Shown: one piece after another, positions 37,901-47,391 of the stretch
How positions within the stretch are numbered: position 1 is the stretch's first letter
Layout of the letters: each line of letters begins with the position of its first letter
Virus record (IMG/VR): IMGVR_UViG_3300027782_000116
Span: 1-52,208 of that record
Length of the DNA stretch: 52,208 nt
Strand: one strand, 5' to 3'
Source of the DNA: a virus
Lineage: Duplodnaviria; Caudoviricetes
The notes under the pieces: model-generated
The model's input: only the letters and a program-made list of their open reading frames with translations
Databases searched by the model: none
Told to the model about the DNA's origin: nothing
Program-made: the position numbers and the translations under genes

Positions 37901-39643
37901 GTAACAACTAGAACAAATGATAAAACAAATATAACTGTAGATAAAGTTAAAAAAGATAGAAAACCACCAATGGATGTTATTAAAATGTTGATCATGAAAA
38001 CATTATCTGAGTGTTTCTATTTTAAAAAACTAGAAGAAAAAGACCCAGTTGTTTTCACATCATTAAAAGAAAAATTAAAATATTTTCATCCAGCATTCCA
38101 CTCTATGACACCAGAAGGGTTGAATTCCAGATTAACATTTTTACACCAATGTCTAAGACCTGGAGACACAATACCAATTAAAGGTGTTGCGTCAGAAAAT
38201 AATGTAGATGCAAGAAACACTACTTTTGGTCCTCCGCCTGTTTGTGTTTTAAGAATTGGTGATTTTTATCATTCAAAAGTTGTTATAAAAGATTTAAATA
38301 TAACTTATGATGATTCAACTTGGGATTTAAATCCAGAAGGTATTGGTGTTCAACCAATGATTGCTAATGTAACCTTACAGGTTAATTTTATCGGTGGTCA
38401 AGGAATTAAAGAGCCAGTTGCTCGTTTACAAAATGCATTAAGTTCTAATTTCTATGCAAATACAGAGGTATATGATTACAGAGCAACATCTACAGTAGAT
38501 CAAAAAGAATTACAAAAAACAAATATAGATTTCTTAGAAAAGTTATTAGGTACTATTAAGACACCAACATCACCAGAGGCGGCATTATCACCATCAACTA
38601 AAATTGAAGGAAAATATATTGGGTTATTGAATAAAGATGAATCTGTTTATAGTTTAGATATGATTTCGGTGACCAATCTAACCAATCAATATTTTAATAT
38701 GTTTAAGGATGCGTATAATAAAATATACACAACATATGGTGAAGATATTTTACCATTGTTTGTCTCACCAACATATAGAACAATAAATAAATTTACAGTA
38801 CAAACTGGTTTATCAGCAAATAAACAAGTTGAAATATTAGGAAACTATCCAAAAGGTAAAGAATATAGTGTTTTACTTGATAAATTTGAAAAGGGAATAA
38901 AAGATTATGCAGCTAGTGCAAACCACAATGAAATATTAGATTTTGATTTTGCTAATGGTTCATCTAAAGCAGATAGATCTAGAAAAATAATTGATCCGTA
39001 TATTATTGATCAAGTGTCTAAGTACATGGATATTCTAAGAGCAGACAAATCTATGGATACAGTACAAGAATCTAGAAATAAAATTATAACTGCGATAGAT
39101 AATCTTAATTTTATATTGGCAACAAATGGCACAGATGGTAAATTAGATGGTGAATCTATTTCTACAATTCAATTAAACGATTTTCAAGCTACTGATTTTT
39201 ACAAATACTATTCAAATGGAATTGATTTAATTGAAAAATCCAATTCTATATTCACAAATGAATTAAGTGGCACATTTAATTTTAGTAACCCATCAGTTAC
39301 ATTAGATAACTATAAGAAGATATTAGCGGTTATTCTATCACAATCTGGTAAAGTTACTGAAATAACTAAAACATATAATGCATCAAATGATGATAAGTTT
39401 TTTGATGAAAGCACAATACATAAAATTGAAAAGAAAATTAATAAATTTATAAAACACGCACTACCTAGTGCTAAGAAACTTAAATTTAAAGAAGCCTCAA
39501 CTACCAAAACAGAATATTCAAAATATGGTCGTTATAAGGTTACGGTTGCTGGAAGTTTAACTTCTGAGCAACAGGCGACTTTGAAAAAAATACATGACAA
39601 TAAAGATGGTTCATCATCTACTTCATTAAACTTTATAAAATAA
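34907..39643 (+). CDS. Giant baseplate/tube-initiator protein with inserted OmpA-like domain
   Basis: GRPEPVYTYQNTTRSG and PPPVCVLRIGDFY..K.VI..L.ITYD tube-initiator-like motifs; YNIKLAYRRSDSV OmpA-like motif. Confidence 0.6.
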   Translation: MPSYLDFNSTKNFRDYLLSKTLNSPNGPQTQTSQSYSVSALSDVANVDPGTVIDNRIAQLTNSSNSNTFKPLDYLVRETFSEIPRRANLNLYFDGTPYFSFANHNLIGIMATDNFDRESELMKFAAQTIKTDPNGPVLSRIQQNLLTATVGKARILDALNGNTSTAINILTGREPLIEKNYKITVAKTLLGKGVDFLQTVAGVTTPFSEIPGDYLSNPANPINVRPEASGVGKLWQDVTGVIGSLVGIQRRPRVSRKPSDLMIEYLSDGQKSALYHNLSFSKFAPNYTTSARSQQSTKLFQFGDKFAEGVKTLLGIEAPRGKAYIGDDRGNDVKFAMNDFNDRPIRSPYYLSLMFDPVATQLFHTSKNVTQGGQISGKLTWISRSSGNKLGLYNEEYGSEQSNLLDSFSTGRTFADGSLLSKTQQLLDTLPRNIGEARSHVANVIDQTSRVFKDGDTMISRGSAVKYINKGTGKEDGSEFCRVWTKDRAYFNYSDTMKRTGTIRKIGDSVMSTPWNLNIAPNSNGNRGFDGSTNIIDGQAKKYMFSIENLAWKSSNKPGFTYNDLPYCERGPNGGRVMWFPPYDLKVNENNNANWEENKFVGRPEPVYTYQNTTRSGTVNFKVVVDHPSILNLLIKDISDDQAEDFLNSFFAGCEDVDFYSLVRKYITLDRTDLELIIAYLEYYKEGKTFDEHDALKFTDIAGEQTTTPGRIVGGQDGQAGTTGIGNQFNDFLYFPNDVPSPNTDIYASTDYGKVYADYASTTSKAKFISGLSSALTTVLNNDTKKNKEDRKVLFGSETPTGTTVDLIAKKVSDINKGFTKLDANFTSLTGVTENIKKDLESNKVKTINLTIESSTSFVADDKYNIKLAYRRSDSVAKHVLKSITKTGSIPSYKWKKSVADLNSNPGQESDEVIIKMKDLGYGDDREGDMVIKFTNLGEKATRKLDDTYDCNKVELNNTTGLKLYAPITFFCRAASVDLNYTLKAVDTPAKPGTKEPDVTTRTNDKTNITVDKVKKDRKPPMDVIKMLIMKTLSECFYFKKLEEKDPVVFTSLKEKLKYFHPAFHSMTPEGLNSRLTFLHQCLRPGDTIPIKGVASENNVDARNTTFGPPPVCVLRIGDFYHSKVVIKDLNITYDDSTWDLNPEGIGVQPMIANVTLQVNFIGGQGIKEPVARLQNALSSNFYANTEVYDYRATSTVDQKELQKTNIDFLEKLLGTIKTPTSPEAALSPSTKIEGKYIGLLNKDESVYSLDMISVTNLTNQYFNMFKDAYNKIYTTYGEDILPLFVSPTYRTINKFTVQTGLSANKQVEILGNYPKGKEYSVLLDKFEKGIKDYAASANHNEILDFDFANGSSKADRSRKIIDPYIIDQVSKYMDILRADKSMDTVQESRNKIITAIDNLNFILATNGTDGKLDGESISTIQLNDFQATDFYKYYSNGIDLIEKSNSIFTNELSGTFNFSNPSVTLDNYKKILAVILSQSGKVTEITKTYNASNDDKFFDESTIHKIEKKINKFIKHALPSAKKLKFKEASTTKTEYSKYGRYKVTVAGSLTSEQQATLKKIHDNKDGSSSTSLNFIK

Positions 39644-39644
39644 T

Positions 39645-39965
39645 ATGAATCAATATTTTAATAGATATGAATTTTTTATAGAGGATGGTGCGTTTAAAAT
39701 AGTCCCAGGAGTTACAATACCGGCAAAATCAACAGATAAATTCTTAAATTATAAAAAAGCTAAAGATAGATTAGATAAGGTATCTCAAGATCATTATGGT
39801 ACACCATTATTTGGGTGGTTAATTATGTTAGCAAACCCATCTGTTGGGTCAATAGAATTTGAAATTCCTGATAATGCTATTTTAAGGATACCCTTTCCTT
39901 TGATTAATTCTTTACAAGATTATAAAAAGGGTGTAGAATTGTATAAACTATATTATGGGGAATAA
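39645..39965 (+). CDS. LysM-like baseplate wedge protein (gp53-like)
   Basis: DRLDKVSQDHYGTPLFGWLIMLANP...IPDNAILRIP. Confidence 0.75.
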   Translation: MNQYFNRYEFFIEDGAFKIVPGVTIPAKSTDKFLNYKKAKDRLDKVSQDHYGTPLFGWLIMLANPSVGSIEFEIPDNAILRIPFPLINSLQDYKKGVELYKLYYGE

Positions 39966-42900
39966 TTCAATAAGTGAGAATGAAAGAATACTAGTAGTCG
40001 TTGATCAACAGAACATTATACATATTGATCCGAATTCTGTTATTACAAACGACGGTCAAATCACGTCCAGACTTGTTGATCATGAAAGCCTAGTAACATA
40101 TGTTAACTTAGAGGCCGATTTAGTCCCTAGATCATTTTTATATTCAGAAAACGGTACAAATACATTAGTTTCAATTGCTGAGGGTAAATTTAACATGATG
40201 AGAAATCAAAATGCTAAAGAAGGTACTCCAGGTGATTTTGATACAAGTTGGACTGATACATTTGTTACAAGTAATGATAGCACAAATGTTGACCCAAGTG
40301 CACAAACATTTGGTATGACAGGTTTAAACATGGTAATTAAAGGCGCAAATGCGATACCTCAAGTTACTATGAATTTTATTGATGTTAGAGGTAAAACATT
40401 ATTTGAAGCCGCAGAGAACAAAACAGATTCTCCATACGCAGCATTTTTTCATCAACCATGGCCAATATTTTATTTAACCATTAAAGGTTACTATGGTAAG
40501 GCAATTCGTTATAGATTACAAATGGTTGATTTTAAAACTAAGTTTAATGGTAACACGGGTAACTTTGAAATCACAAGTAAATTTGTTGGTTCAACATATG
40601 CTTATTTAAATGATATTTTATTTCAGAATGCGGTAAATGCGCCATACATGTATATGGTCGAAACTAATGATGATTTCAAGACTAATCCAAAAACAGGGTT
40701 GATTGAGAAAAAAGTTTCTAGTTCAACCAAGGGTTATCAAATATTAAAAGCCGTGTATGATGAGTATAAGGCTAAAGGCTATATACCTAAGGATTTTCCA
40801 GTTAAGACATTAAGAGATTTATTAATGACCGCAAACACCTTAGATAAAATATTAGAAACAACGTTGTTTTCTGAAACCGTTGATCCATCTGTTTTAAGTG
40901 GTGTTGCAGAATTTGATTCATTACTAGATAACTTTGAAAAGAAAGTAATTGCTTGGGCGGGTAGATATTTGAGTGGTACTATTTTAATAACAAAAAATGA
41001 TAATTCATATTATGGTTTAAATAAAACTATTACAGATCAAAATAAAACAAGTAATGGCGCAAATACTGGTGATATTATTACTGGTACAACAATTCAAACA
41101 TCGCTACAATCAATAATGAATAAGTTTGTTGCAGATGCTGCTAAAAATTTAGCATTTGGTAATAAAGTAAATAATAGTAAAGAAATAAAAACTTTTACTA
41201 TAGGTGTTAACAATGTATCGAATGCAAGTTCTTTTATGACATTTGAAAATGGTAATTATGGTGTTGCTATAAACTATTTAGTTGCTGAGATTAAGAAGAT
41301 ACAAATGGCATTTATTAAAAGCAGACAAGAAGTTGAGGACAAGGTAGAAGCCAAAATGAACAATATTATTAAGAACCCAAAAACAATTGGTGGATTTGGT
41401 TTTTCTCCAACTATTCGAAATGTCTTTGCGGTTATATTAGCAAATGCTGACACGTACATCAGATTAATGAGAGATGTGCATGTTAAAGCCGTTCGTAATT
41501 CTGATAAAAGAAAGACAATAACAGTATCAAAAGAACAAAAAAACGAGGGAATATATCCTTGGCCATTAGTCACTAAGAATAGTGATAAAAATACTCCAAC
41601 ATCATTTTATCCAGGTGACCCATCAATATCAAAAGAAATTAAAGGAAACGATTTCACCATTTGGCCAGAAGTTGAATTTGTTGAAACATACAATAGCGTA
41701 GCAACAAAAAGAATTGATCCGCTTAGTGGTAAAGAATTAAATTCATCACAGATTAATTTTGTGTTTCCAGATGATGCAGATAGTAGAGTAGTTAAGAATG
41801 TTAGTAGTGTTTTTAAAATAGGTGGTATTGTTCCATATACTAATAAATCATATACTAATTTTATATATGAATTTTATGAAAGAGCATTCTATTTAACATC
41901 ATTTGATAGTTTTAATTTTGACAACGGATTAAAAACGATATATCAAAAAGAATTTGAAACAATAGATAGTTGTACAAAAGACGATATTGATTTAAGAGAA
42001 ATGTTAAGTACTCAAATAAAAAGTATTAATAATTTACAAGACCAATTAAAATTAGCGTCACCTAATGAAAGGTACGTATTTTTTAGAGATAGACTACCAA
42101 CTGTAGATTATATAAAAGAATTGGTTGATAGTGATTTTGAGCTTTCTGAATATAAAAAAGCAGACACAAGTCAAATAAGTGATAATACGTATGTTGACTT
42201 ACAGACAAATCTAGATTCATATAAAATTGAGGAATATAGATTGAATATATATCCATTTAATTCTGATCTTTATACGACTTATCTTGGTAAACATATAGAC
42301 AATACGCATTTCAACTTTACAAACATATTAAAAGTTAATCAGTATAATAATTTTATTAATTCACCTGTAGAATCAAAAGCATGGATTAAGGACGGTTATT
42401 CAAAAAATTTATTTGTTAACGCAATGAGTTTTGGTGATTTAAGTAGAAACATGTTAAATACACCATATTTTCACAAACAGTTATTTTCAGATTTTATGAA
42501 AGGCGGTGTGGAAGAAAGATATGTTGGTTCTGCCTACCTTTTATTAAATTCATTACCGTTTAAGGATTTAGATGATACTATTATTTTTAATGATGGTAAA
42601 GATAAAGTTTTAATGTCTTCTTTATTTAGAGAAGTTGGTTCATCAAATTATGTACCGTATCATTTATTATTAAAGTGGGGTTCAATGTACCACAGATATA
42701 AAAAGTATCTTTTAGAAGGTGTTGATATTATATCTGGTGTGACAACACCAATAGACGCTTCTAAATTTTTTGATAATTCATCAAATACAATATATGATTT
42801 TACAAATATTGATCCATATCTAAGTGGTGTAACACATTCTCAACATAAGATTGTTGGTATATACCCTTATTATCACGGTATATTTCATCAGATAGTTAAT

Positions 42901-45714
42901 GGATATAGTTTCTTTAATCCATCTGGATTTACTATGACTAACACAAGTTTTAGTTTATTACCGGCATCATTTATTTCTGGTTTGATTTATACCAACACTA
43001 TTACAAATAACATTAATAAGATTGTTAAGTCTCCATTAAAAGGAGAACGCGGATTAGGTTTAACATCATTAATTGATAATTCTAAATTTTCAGCAACTGA
43101 TGAAAGATATACAATATTACCATCAAACGGTTGTGCGGAATTACTTAATCTAACCGACGATTTCACTAGCGTAGAACAAGATTCGTTTAAATTTGTTATT
43201 GATAATAGACATTCTATGGTCAATCCAAATTACGGGTCTAAACAGTTTCCAACATACAAAGAAAAATTAATATCAGAATCCGGTGAGTTGACTTTAGATG
43301 GTAATAAGAAAAAGGCGGTAGATTTAATTGCCACTTTTAGTCCTAAATTACTTGATGAGATGGAAAAAATGTTTATTCATTTCTCTTCACTTGATTTAAC
43401 TTTAGATAAACCATTATTAGATACTACGCACAATTATACGACCTTTCAAGAATTACTTAAAGAAATTGCGAGCATTCCAAAGACGGGTATTGATTTTACA
43501 GATAACAATAATGTAAAGAATGCTATATCAATAGCACAAACCAAGAAACTAATTCAAATCACCTCAAACATGTTAGGTGATAACAATCTTAAAAAATTAA
43601 CAATTGGTAATCCAAAACAAATTGATAATTATTTGTTATATGGATTAGCAGGTAAAAATAAATATTTTTCGGTTAATGGTTATCATTCATATCAATTAAC
43701 ATCGGATATGACTAAGTTAATGGAATTATATATTGGCGAATCTATTGGTTCACCAACATATCTTAGTTTCTTTCAGGTAAATGACATTGAATTAAATGCC
43801 GATAACATTTATGCTTATAGAGAATTTGTAAGAATTTATGCTGGTTGGATTAAAGAGGAAATCGTTAAAAATCCTAGCACCTTTATACCGACAAAAGCAT
43901 TATTTTCACAATATATAACAACAAATATATTAGATCCGCATAACAAAAGATTTGTGGATTTCTTAGATAATATTTTAAAAAAATTCCCAACATTAACTAA
44001 GGCAAACGAAAACAATAAGATTACGATTTATAGCGGACATAATGAAAATAAAACACTAAAATTAGATTTATATCAATTTTTTAAATCATTCAATGATAAG
44101 TGGATTGCAGGAAACGCAATAGGTCAGAGAAATCTAATGGAGGAATTCTTATTCTTAGATAGGGCTAATAGAGATATTGGTAATGATGCGTTTATTAGCT
44201 TGGAAAGACTTATTTCATTAGGTGATGAGAAAAATATTAAAGTAGATTTATATAGTGCAATCACAATATTAATTCAAGGCACCAACTTTGATTTAAGAAC
44301 ATTACCCGCGTATGTTAATTTCTATGGTACGAATACAACAGATAAGAAAAAAATAATGCCATCCAAAAACTTGGCAAGAAATCTATTTGGTACATTCTTA
44401 GAAGTAGATTACCAAGAATCTAGCCCTAAAATTATATTACAATACGTTGGCGGCAGCTCCAAATATTTGGATATGGAAAAGGTTAGTAAACAATATAAGT
44501 TTAAAAATGATAGTTTCAATATTAGTGATGTTAATAATAACCCATTATTAGTTGAACCAAAGTTGTTCATGGATGCTGACTTATCTAAATCAAATAGAGT
44601 AGTGTCATTTGAGGTTAATTTTGGGGACCAGGGTAATGGTATTTTTAAAAGTATTTCATTAGATCAAAGCACGTATAAGAATACAACGGAAAGTGCAATA
44701 GCACAAGAACGTTTAGCTAGGTCACAAAGCGGCGGTGGTACATACCAAGTAGATACTGGATTATTTGACATATACAAAACCGCATCATATGAATGTGATA
44801 TTACTATGATGGGTAATGTTATGCTACAACCAACCATGTATTTTTATTTAGCCAATGTACCAATGTTTCACGGAACATATTTGATTATGGATGTTAGTCA
44901 CTCATTAAGAGGGAATAACATTGAAACTAATGTGAAGGGCGTTAGAATTTCTAATAATACTTTACCAAAAGTTCAGGATTCGTTTATTGCTAGTTATCGA
45001 CCTTTATTTAGTAGAATATTGTCTAAAGCAATTAAGAAAAGTCAAGCAATACAAAAATCAACAACAACAGAAGTTAGCTATACACTTAAAAATTCAACAA
45101 AGATTAATATTGACCCGGGGCAAACTGTTGGAAATGAGGACATTAACAAGTTATTAGTTAGGGATAGTGGATTTCATCAAGGAATCATACCATATAATGG
45201 TGTAAAATACGGTCCAAGCAAAACAAACGAGGAAAAGTATATTCAATTAATTCAAACTGCCAAGGATACCCAGTGGTTAAGAGCCAGGGTAGTTTTAATG
45301 GGTGGGAACAATTATACGATTGATGATAAAACACCAATGCAACTATTAACAGGTCTTAAGGCGTCTCCAACGGTTAAGAGGACATATGCTGATATTAAAG
45401 AATCGGTATATGAATACTATTCAACAAGGTTTGATTTTTCAGATAAAACTAAAGAAAATTTATTTGCATTAGATACTGAATTTTTAAATCCTAAAAGCGG
45501 CTCAAATTATATATTAAAAACTAATATAAACGCAGCAACAGGAAAATATGATGGGCCGGTACATATTGGGCCACCACAATTTGATCCAAAAGCGGCTGGT
45601 ACACAAACGGTGACAGAGAATTATGGTATAGGTATGAACCCTCGTTTAATGATGAGACTTAAATTAAATGATGGTGATGTGGTATATTTCAGATTAATTA
45701 CACCTAAACCATAA
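39955..45714 (+). CDS. Giant baseplate hub-like protein (gp27/VgrG-like termini)
   Basis: N-terminal PQVTMNFIDVRG...FYLTIKGYYG; C-terminal MMGNVMLQPTMYFYL.NVPMFHGTYLIMDVSHSL hub-type motif. Confidence 0.6.
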   Translation: MGNNSISENERILVVVDQQNIIHIDPNSVITNDGQITSRLVDHESLVTYVNLEADLVPRSFLYSENGTNTLVSIAEGKFNMMRNQNAKEGTPGDFDTSWTDTFVTSNDSTNVDPSAQTFGMTGLNMVIKGANAIPQVTMNFIDVRGKTLFEAAENKTDSPYAAFFHQPWPIFYLTIKGYYGKAIRYRLQMVDFKTKFNGNTGNFEITSKFVGSTYAYLNDILFQNAVNAPYMYMVETNDDFKTNPKTGLIEKKVSSSTKGYQILKAVYDEYKAKGYIPKDFPVKTLRDLLMTANTLDKILETTLFSETVDPSVLSGVAEFDSLLDNFEKKVIAWAGRYLSGTILITKNDNSYYGLNKTITDQNKTSNGANTGDIITGTTIQTSLQSIMNKFVADAAKNLAFGNKVNNSKEIKTFTIGVNNVSNASSFMTFENGNYGVAINYLVAEIKKIQMAFIKSRQEVEDKVEAKMNNIIKNPKTIGGFGFSPTIRNVFAVILANADTYIRLMRDVHVKAVRNSDKRKTITVSKEQKNEGIYPWPLVTKNSDKNTPTSFYPGDPSISKEIKGNDFTIWPEVEFVETYNSVATKRIDPLSGKELNSSQINFVFPDDADSRVVKNVSSVFKIGGIVPYTNKSYTNFIYEFYERAFYLTSFDSFNFDNGLKTIYQKEFETIDSCTKDDIDLREMLSTQIKSINNLQDQLKLASPNERYVFFRDRLPTVDYIKELVDSDFELSEYKKADTSQISDNTYVDLQTNLDSYKIEEYRLNIYPFNSDLYTTYLGKHIDNTHFNFTNILKVNQYNNFINSPVESKAWIKDGYSKNLFVNAMSFGDLSRNMLNTPYFHKQLFSDFMKGGVEERYVGSAYLLLNSLPFKDLDDTIIFNDGKDKVLMSSLFREVGSSNYVPYHLLLKWGSMYHRYKKYLLEGVDIISGVTTPIDASKFFDNSSNTIYDFTNIDPYLSGVTHSQHKIVGIYPYYHGIFHQIVNGYSFFNPSGFTMTNTSFSLLPASFISGLIYTNTITNNINKIVKSPLKGERGLGLTSLIDNSKFSATDERYTILPSNGCAELLNLTDDFTSVEQDSFKFVIDNRHSMVNPNYGSKQFPTYKEKLISESGELTLDGNKKKAVDLIATFSPKLLDEMEKMFIHFSSLDLTLDKPLLDTTHNYTTFQELLKEIASIPKTGIDFTDNNNVKNAISIAQTKKLIQITSNMLGDNNLKKLTIGNPKQIDNYLLYGLAGKNKYFSVNGYHSYQLTSDMTKLMELYIGESIGSPTYLSFFQVNDIELNADNIYAYREFVRIYAGWIKEEIVKNPSTFIPTKALFSQYITTNILDPHNKRFVDFLDNILKKFPTLTKANENNKITIYSGHNENKTLKLDLYQFFKSFNDKWIAGNAIGQRNLMEEFLFLDRANRDIGNDAFISLERLISLGDEKNIKVDLYSAITILIQGTNFDLRTLPAYVNFYGTNTTDKKKIMPSKNLARNLFGTFLEVDYQESSPKIILQYVGGSSKYLDMEKVSKQYKFKNDSFNISDVNNNPLLVEPKLFMDADLSKSNRVVSFEVNFGDQGNGIFKSISLDQSTYKNTTESAIAQERLARSQSGGGTYQVDTGLFDIYKTASYECDITMMGNVMLQPTMYFYLANVPMFHGTYLIMDVSHSLRGNNIETNVKGVRISNNTLPKVQDSFIASYRPLFSRILSKAIKKSQAIQKSTTTEVSYTLKNSTKINIDPGQTVGNEDINKLLVRDSGFHQGIIPYNGVKYGPSKTNEEKYIQLIQTAKDTQWLRARVVLMGGNNYTIDDKTPMQLLTGLKASPTVKRTYADIKESVYEYYSTRFDFSDKTKENLFALDTEFLNPKSGSNYILKTNINAATGKYDGPVHIGPPQFDPKAAGTQTVTENYGIGMNPRLMMRLKLNDGDVVYFRLITPKP

Positions 45715-45757
45715 AATTAACAATGTTTGCGATATTTATATGAATAATACTAAAATT

Positions 45758-45961
45758 ATGGAAAATAATAGATTAAATGACTCATTGGAGCACTTCTTAA
45801 ATCCAAATATTACGAAGAGCAAGTCTGATGATGGTAAAATTGAAGAGGTTTGCGATATGCAGACTGGAGAATGCTATACAATCAAGACTAAAGATGGTAT
45901 TGTGGAAAGAATAAATAAAAGATATATTACCGAAGACGGTAGACAATTATTACAAGACTAA
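45758..45961 (+). CDS. Hypothetical late protein
   Basis: Follows TATTTATA (45733-45740); ends YITEDGRQLLQD. Confidence 0.65.
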   Translation: MENNRLNDSLEHFLNPNITKSKSDDGKIEEVCDMQTGECYTIKTKDGIVERINKRYITEDGRQLLQD

Positions 45962-45965
45962 AACT

Positions 45966-46613
45966 ATGTTAGAACAAAAGCTATTAGAAGAAATTAATAG
46001 ATACAAAACTATTAACAAAAACGCTAACTCACTTTATTTAAATGAGCAAGCAGAACCAACAGATTTACCTCCAGCACCAGATGCTGCAGCACCTGCTTTA
46101 GGTGACGCAGAAGCATTACCTCCAGCACCAATGGATGCGGCGGCACCAGTTACTGACGCACCAGCGCCAGACGCTATGCCAGAAGGTGGTGAAAATACCG
46201 AAGAGGTAGACGTAACTGATTTGGTTAATATGACTAAGAACATCAAAAATGACTTAGAAAATCATAAATCAGATCAGGGTGCGGTAAACCAAAAAATGGA
46301 TGACGTATTTTCTAAATTGGGTGAATTAGAGCAAAAATTATCTGCAATGGATAGTATCATTACTAAAATTGATGAGCTAGGAAACAAGGTAGAGCAAATG
46401 AAACCAGAAACACCACAAGAAAAATTAGAAATGCGTTCATTGGATTCGTATCCGTTTAACCAAAAGCCACAAGATTTCTTCTCTCAAAAGCAAGCAGAAA
46501 TGAGAGCTAGTGGTAAAAACGAATACATATTAACTAAAAACGACGTTCAAGATTATTCAAAAGACGAAATAGAAAAAACATTTAATCCATTTAAAGATGA
46601 ATCTCAGTTCTAA
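45966..46613 (+). CDS. Probable prohead core/scaffold-like or internal head protein
   Basis: LLEEINRYK..N...LNEQ N-terminus, Pro/Ala/Asp linker, coiled coil. Confidence 0.55.
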   Translation: MLEQKLLEEINRYKTINKNANSLYLNEQAEPTDLPPAPDAAAPALGDAEALPPAPMDAAAPVTDAPAPDAMPEGGENTEEVDVTDLVNMTKNIKNDLENHKSDQGAVNQKMDDVFSKLGELEQKLSAMDSIITKIDELGNKVEQMKPETPQEKLEMRSLDSYPFNQKPQDFFSQKQAEMRASGKNEYILTKNDVQDYSKDEIEKTFNPFKDESQF

Positions 46614-46971
46614 TGTAAATTTTTTACTAAAAACACAGGTGCAATTTAGAATAATGCATTGGCAAACCAAAGGGTTTGCAAGACATAATGCATATGGAGG
46701 AATCTACGACGCTTTAGACGATCTAATTGATAGATATGTTGAAGTGGCTATGGGTAAATCAGGCCGTTTTGTTTTAGATGAAACAACTGGTACTTTAACA
46801 TTAATTAACCTTAAAGACATTAAAATAATTGATCATGTTCAGTCTATAAAGGCTGAATTAATGAATTTATCAAACGAATTAGATAGTACGAAAGATACCG
46901 ATCTATTAAACATTAGAGACGAAATGTTAGCGGAAGTTAACAAATTGGCTTATTTATTAACTTTAGAATAA
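46597..46971 (+). CDS. Dps/ferritin-like protein (DUF5856-like)
   Basis: HWQTKGFARHNAYGGIYDALDDLIDRYVE parallels the Dps H-W...H...D..D...E ferroxidase motif; DLLNIRDEML. Confidence 0.75.
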   Translation: MNLSSNVNFLLKTQVQFRIMHWQTKGFARHNAYGGIYDALDDLIDRYVEVAMGKSGRFVLDETTGTLTLINLKDIKIIDHVQSIKAELMNLSNELDSTKDTDLLNIRDEMLAEVNKLAYLLTLE

Positions 46972-46983
46972 AACTATTTAAAA

Positions 46984-47289
46984 ATGATATCAGGATCAGC
47001 GGCATTGACCGGAACAACATCAACTAGAAACACATTATCATATATTAATGATTTAATAACTGGTGCAACAGCAGAAGGTAAATATCAAATATTTGTTGGG
47101 CAAGAGCATATAGATGAATCTATGATTAACATCTTAAGAACAACATATGGCTACCGCGTCACAAGTAAAAATAATTTAATGGGGACATATAATGACTACT
47201 TAATTAGCTGGTTACCGGCACCAACACCAACACCAACGGCTACACCAACACCAACTGCCACACCGACGCCTACTCCAACACCTGCTTAA
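46984..47289 (+). CDS. Small protein with C-terminal Pro-Thr tail
   Basis: 101 aa, ends PAPTPTPTATPTPTATPTPTPTPA. Confidence 0.7.
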   Translation: MISGSAALTGTTSTRNTLSYINDLITGATAEGKYQIFVGQEHIDESMINILRTTYGYRVTSKNNLMGTYNDYLISWLPAPTPTPTATPTPTATPTPTPTPA

Positions 47290-47316
47290 TATTATAAAAG
47301 AATTTTAAAATAATTT

Positions 47317-47356
47317 AACCTAGATTTTGCAATCTGGGTTTTTTTATTTATATTAG
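47317..47356 (+). terminator. Intrinsic terminator overlapping a host-type promoter for the replication operon
   Basis: AACCTAGATT-TTGC-AATCTGGGTT + T-run; TTTG (47326-47329)-N19-TATATTAG (47349-47356). Confidence 0.65.
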
Positions 47357-47391
47357 TTAAAGAAACAATTTTTCATTTAAAACTTAAGATT

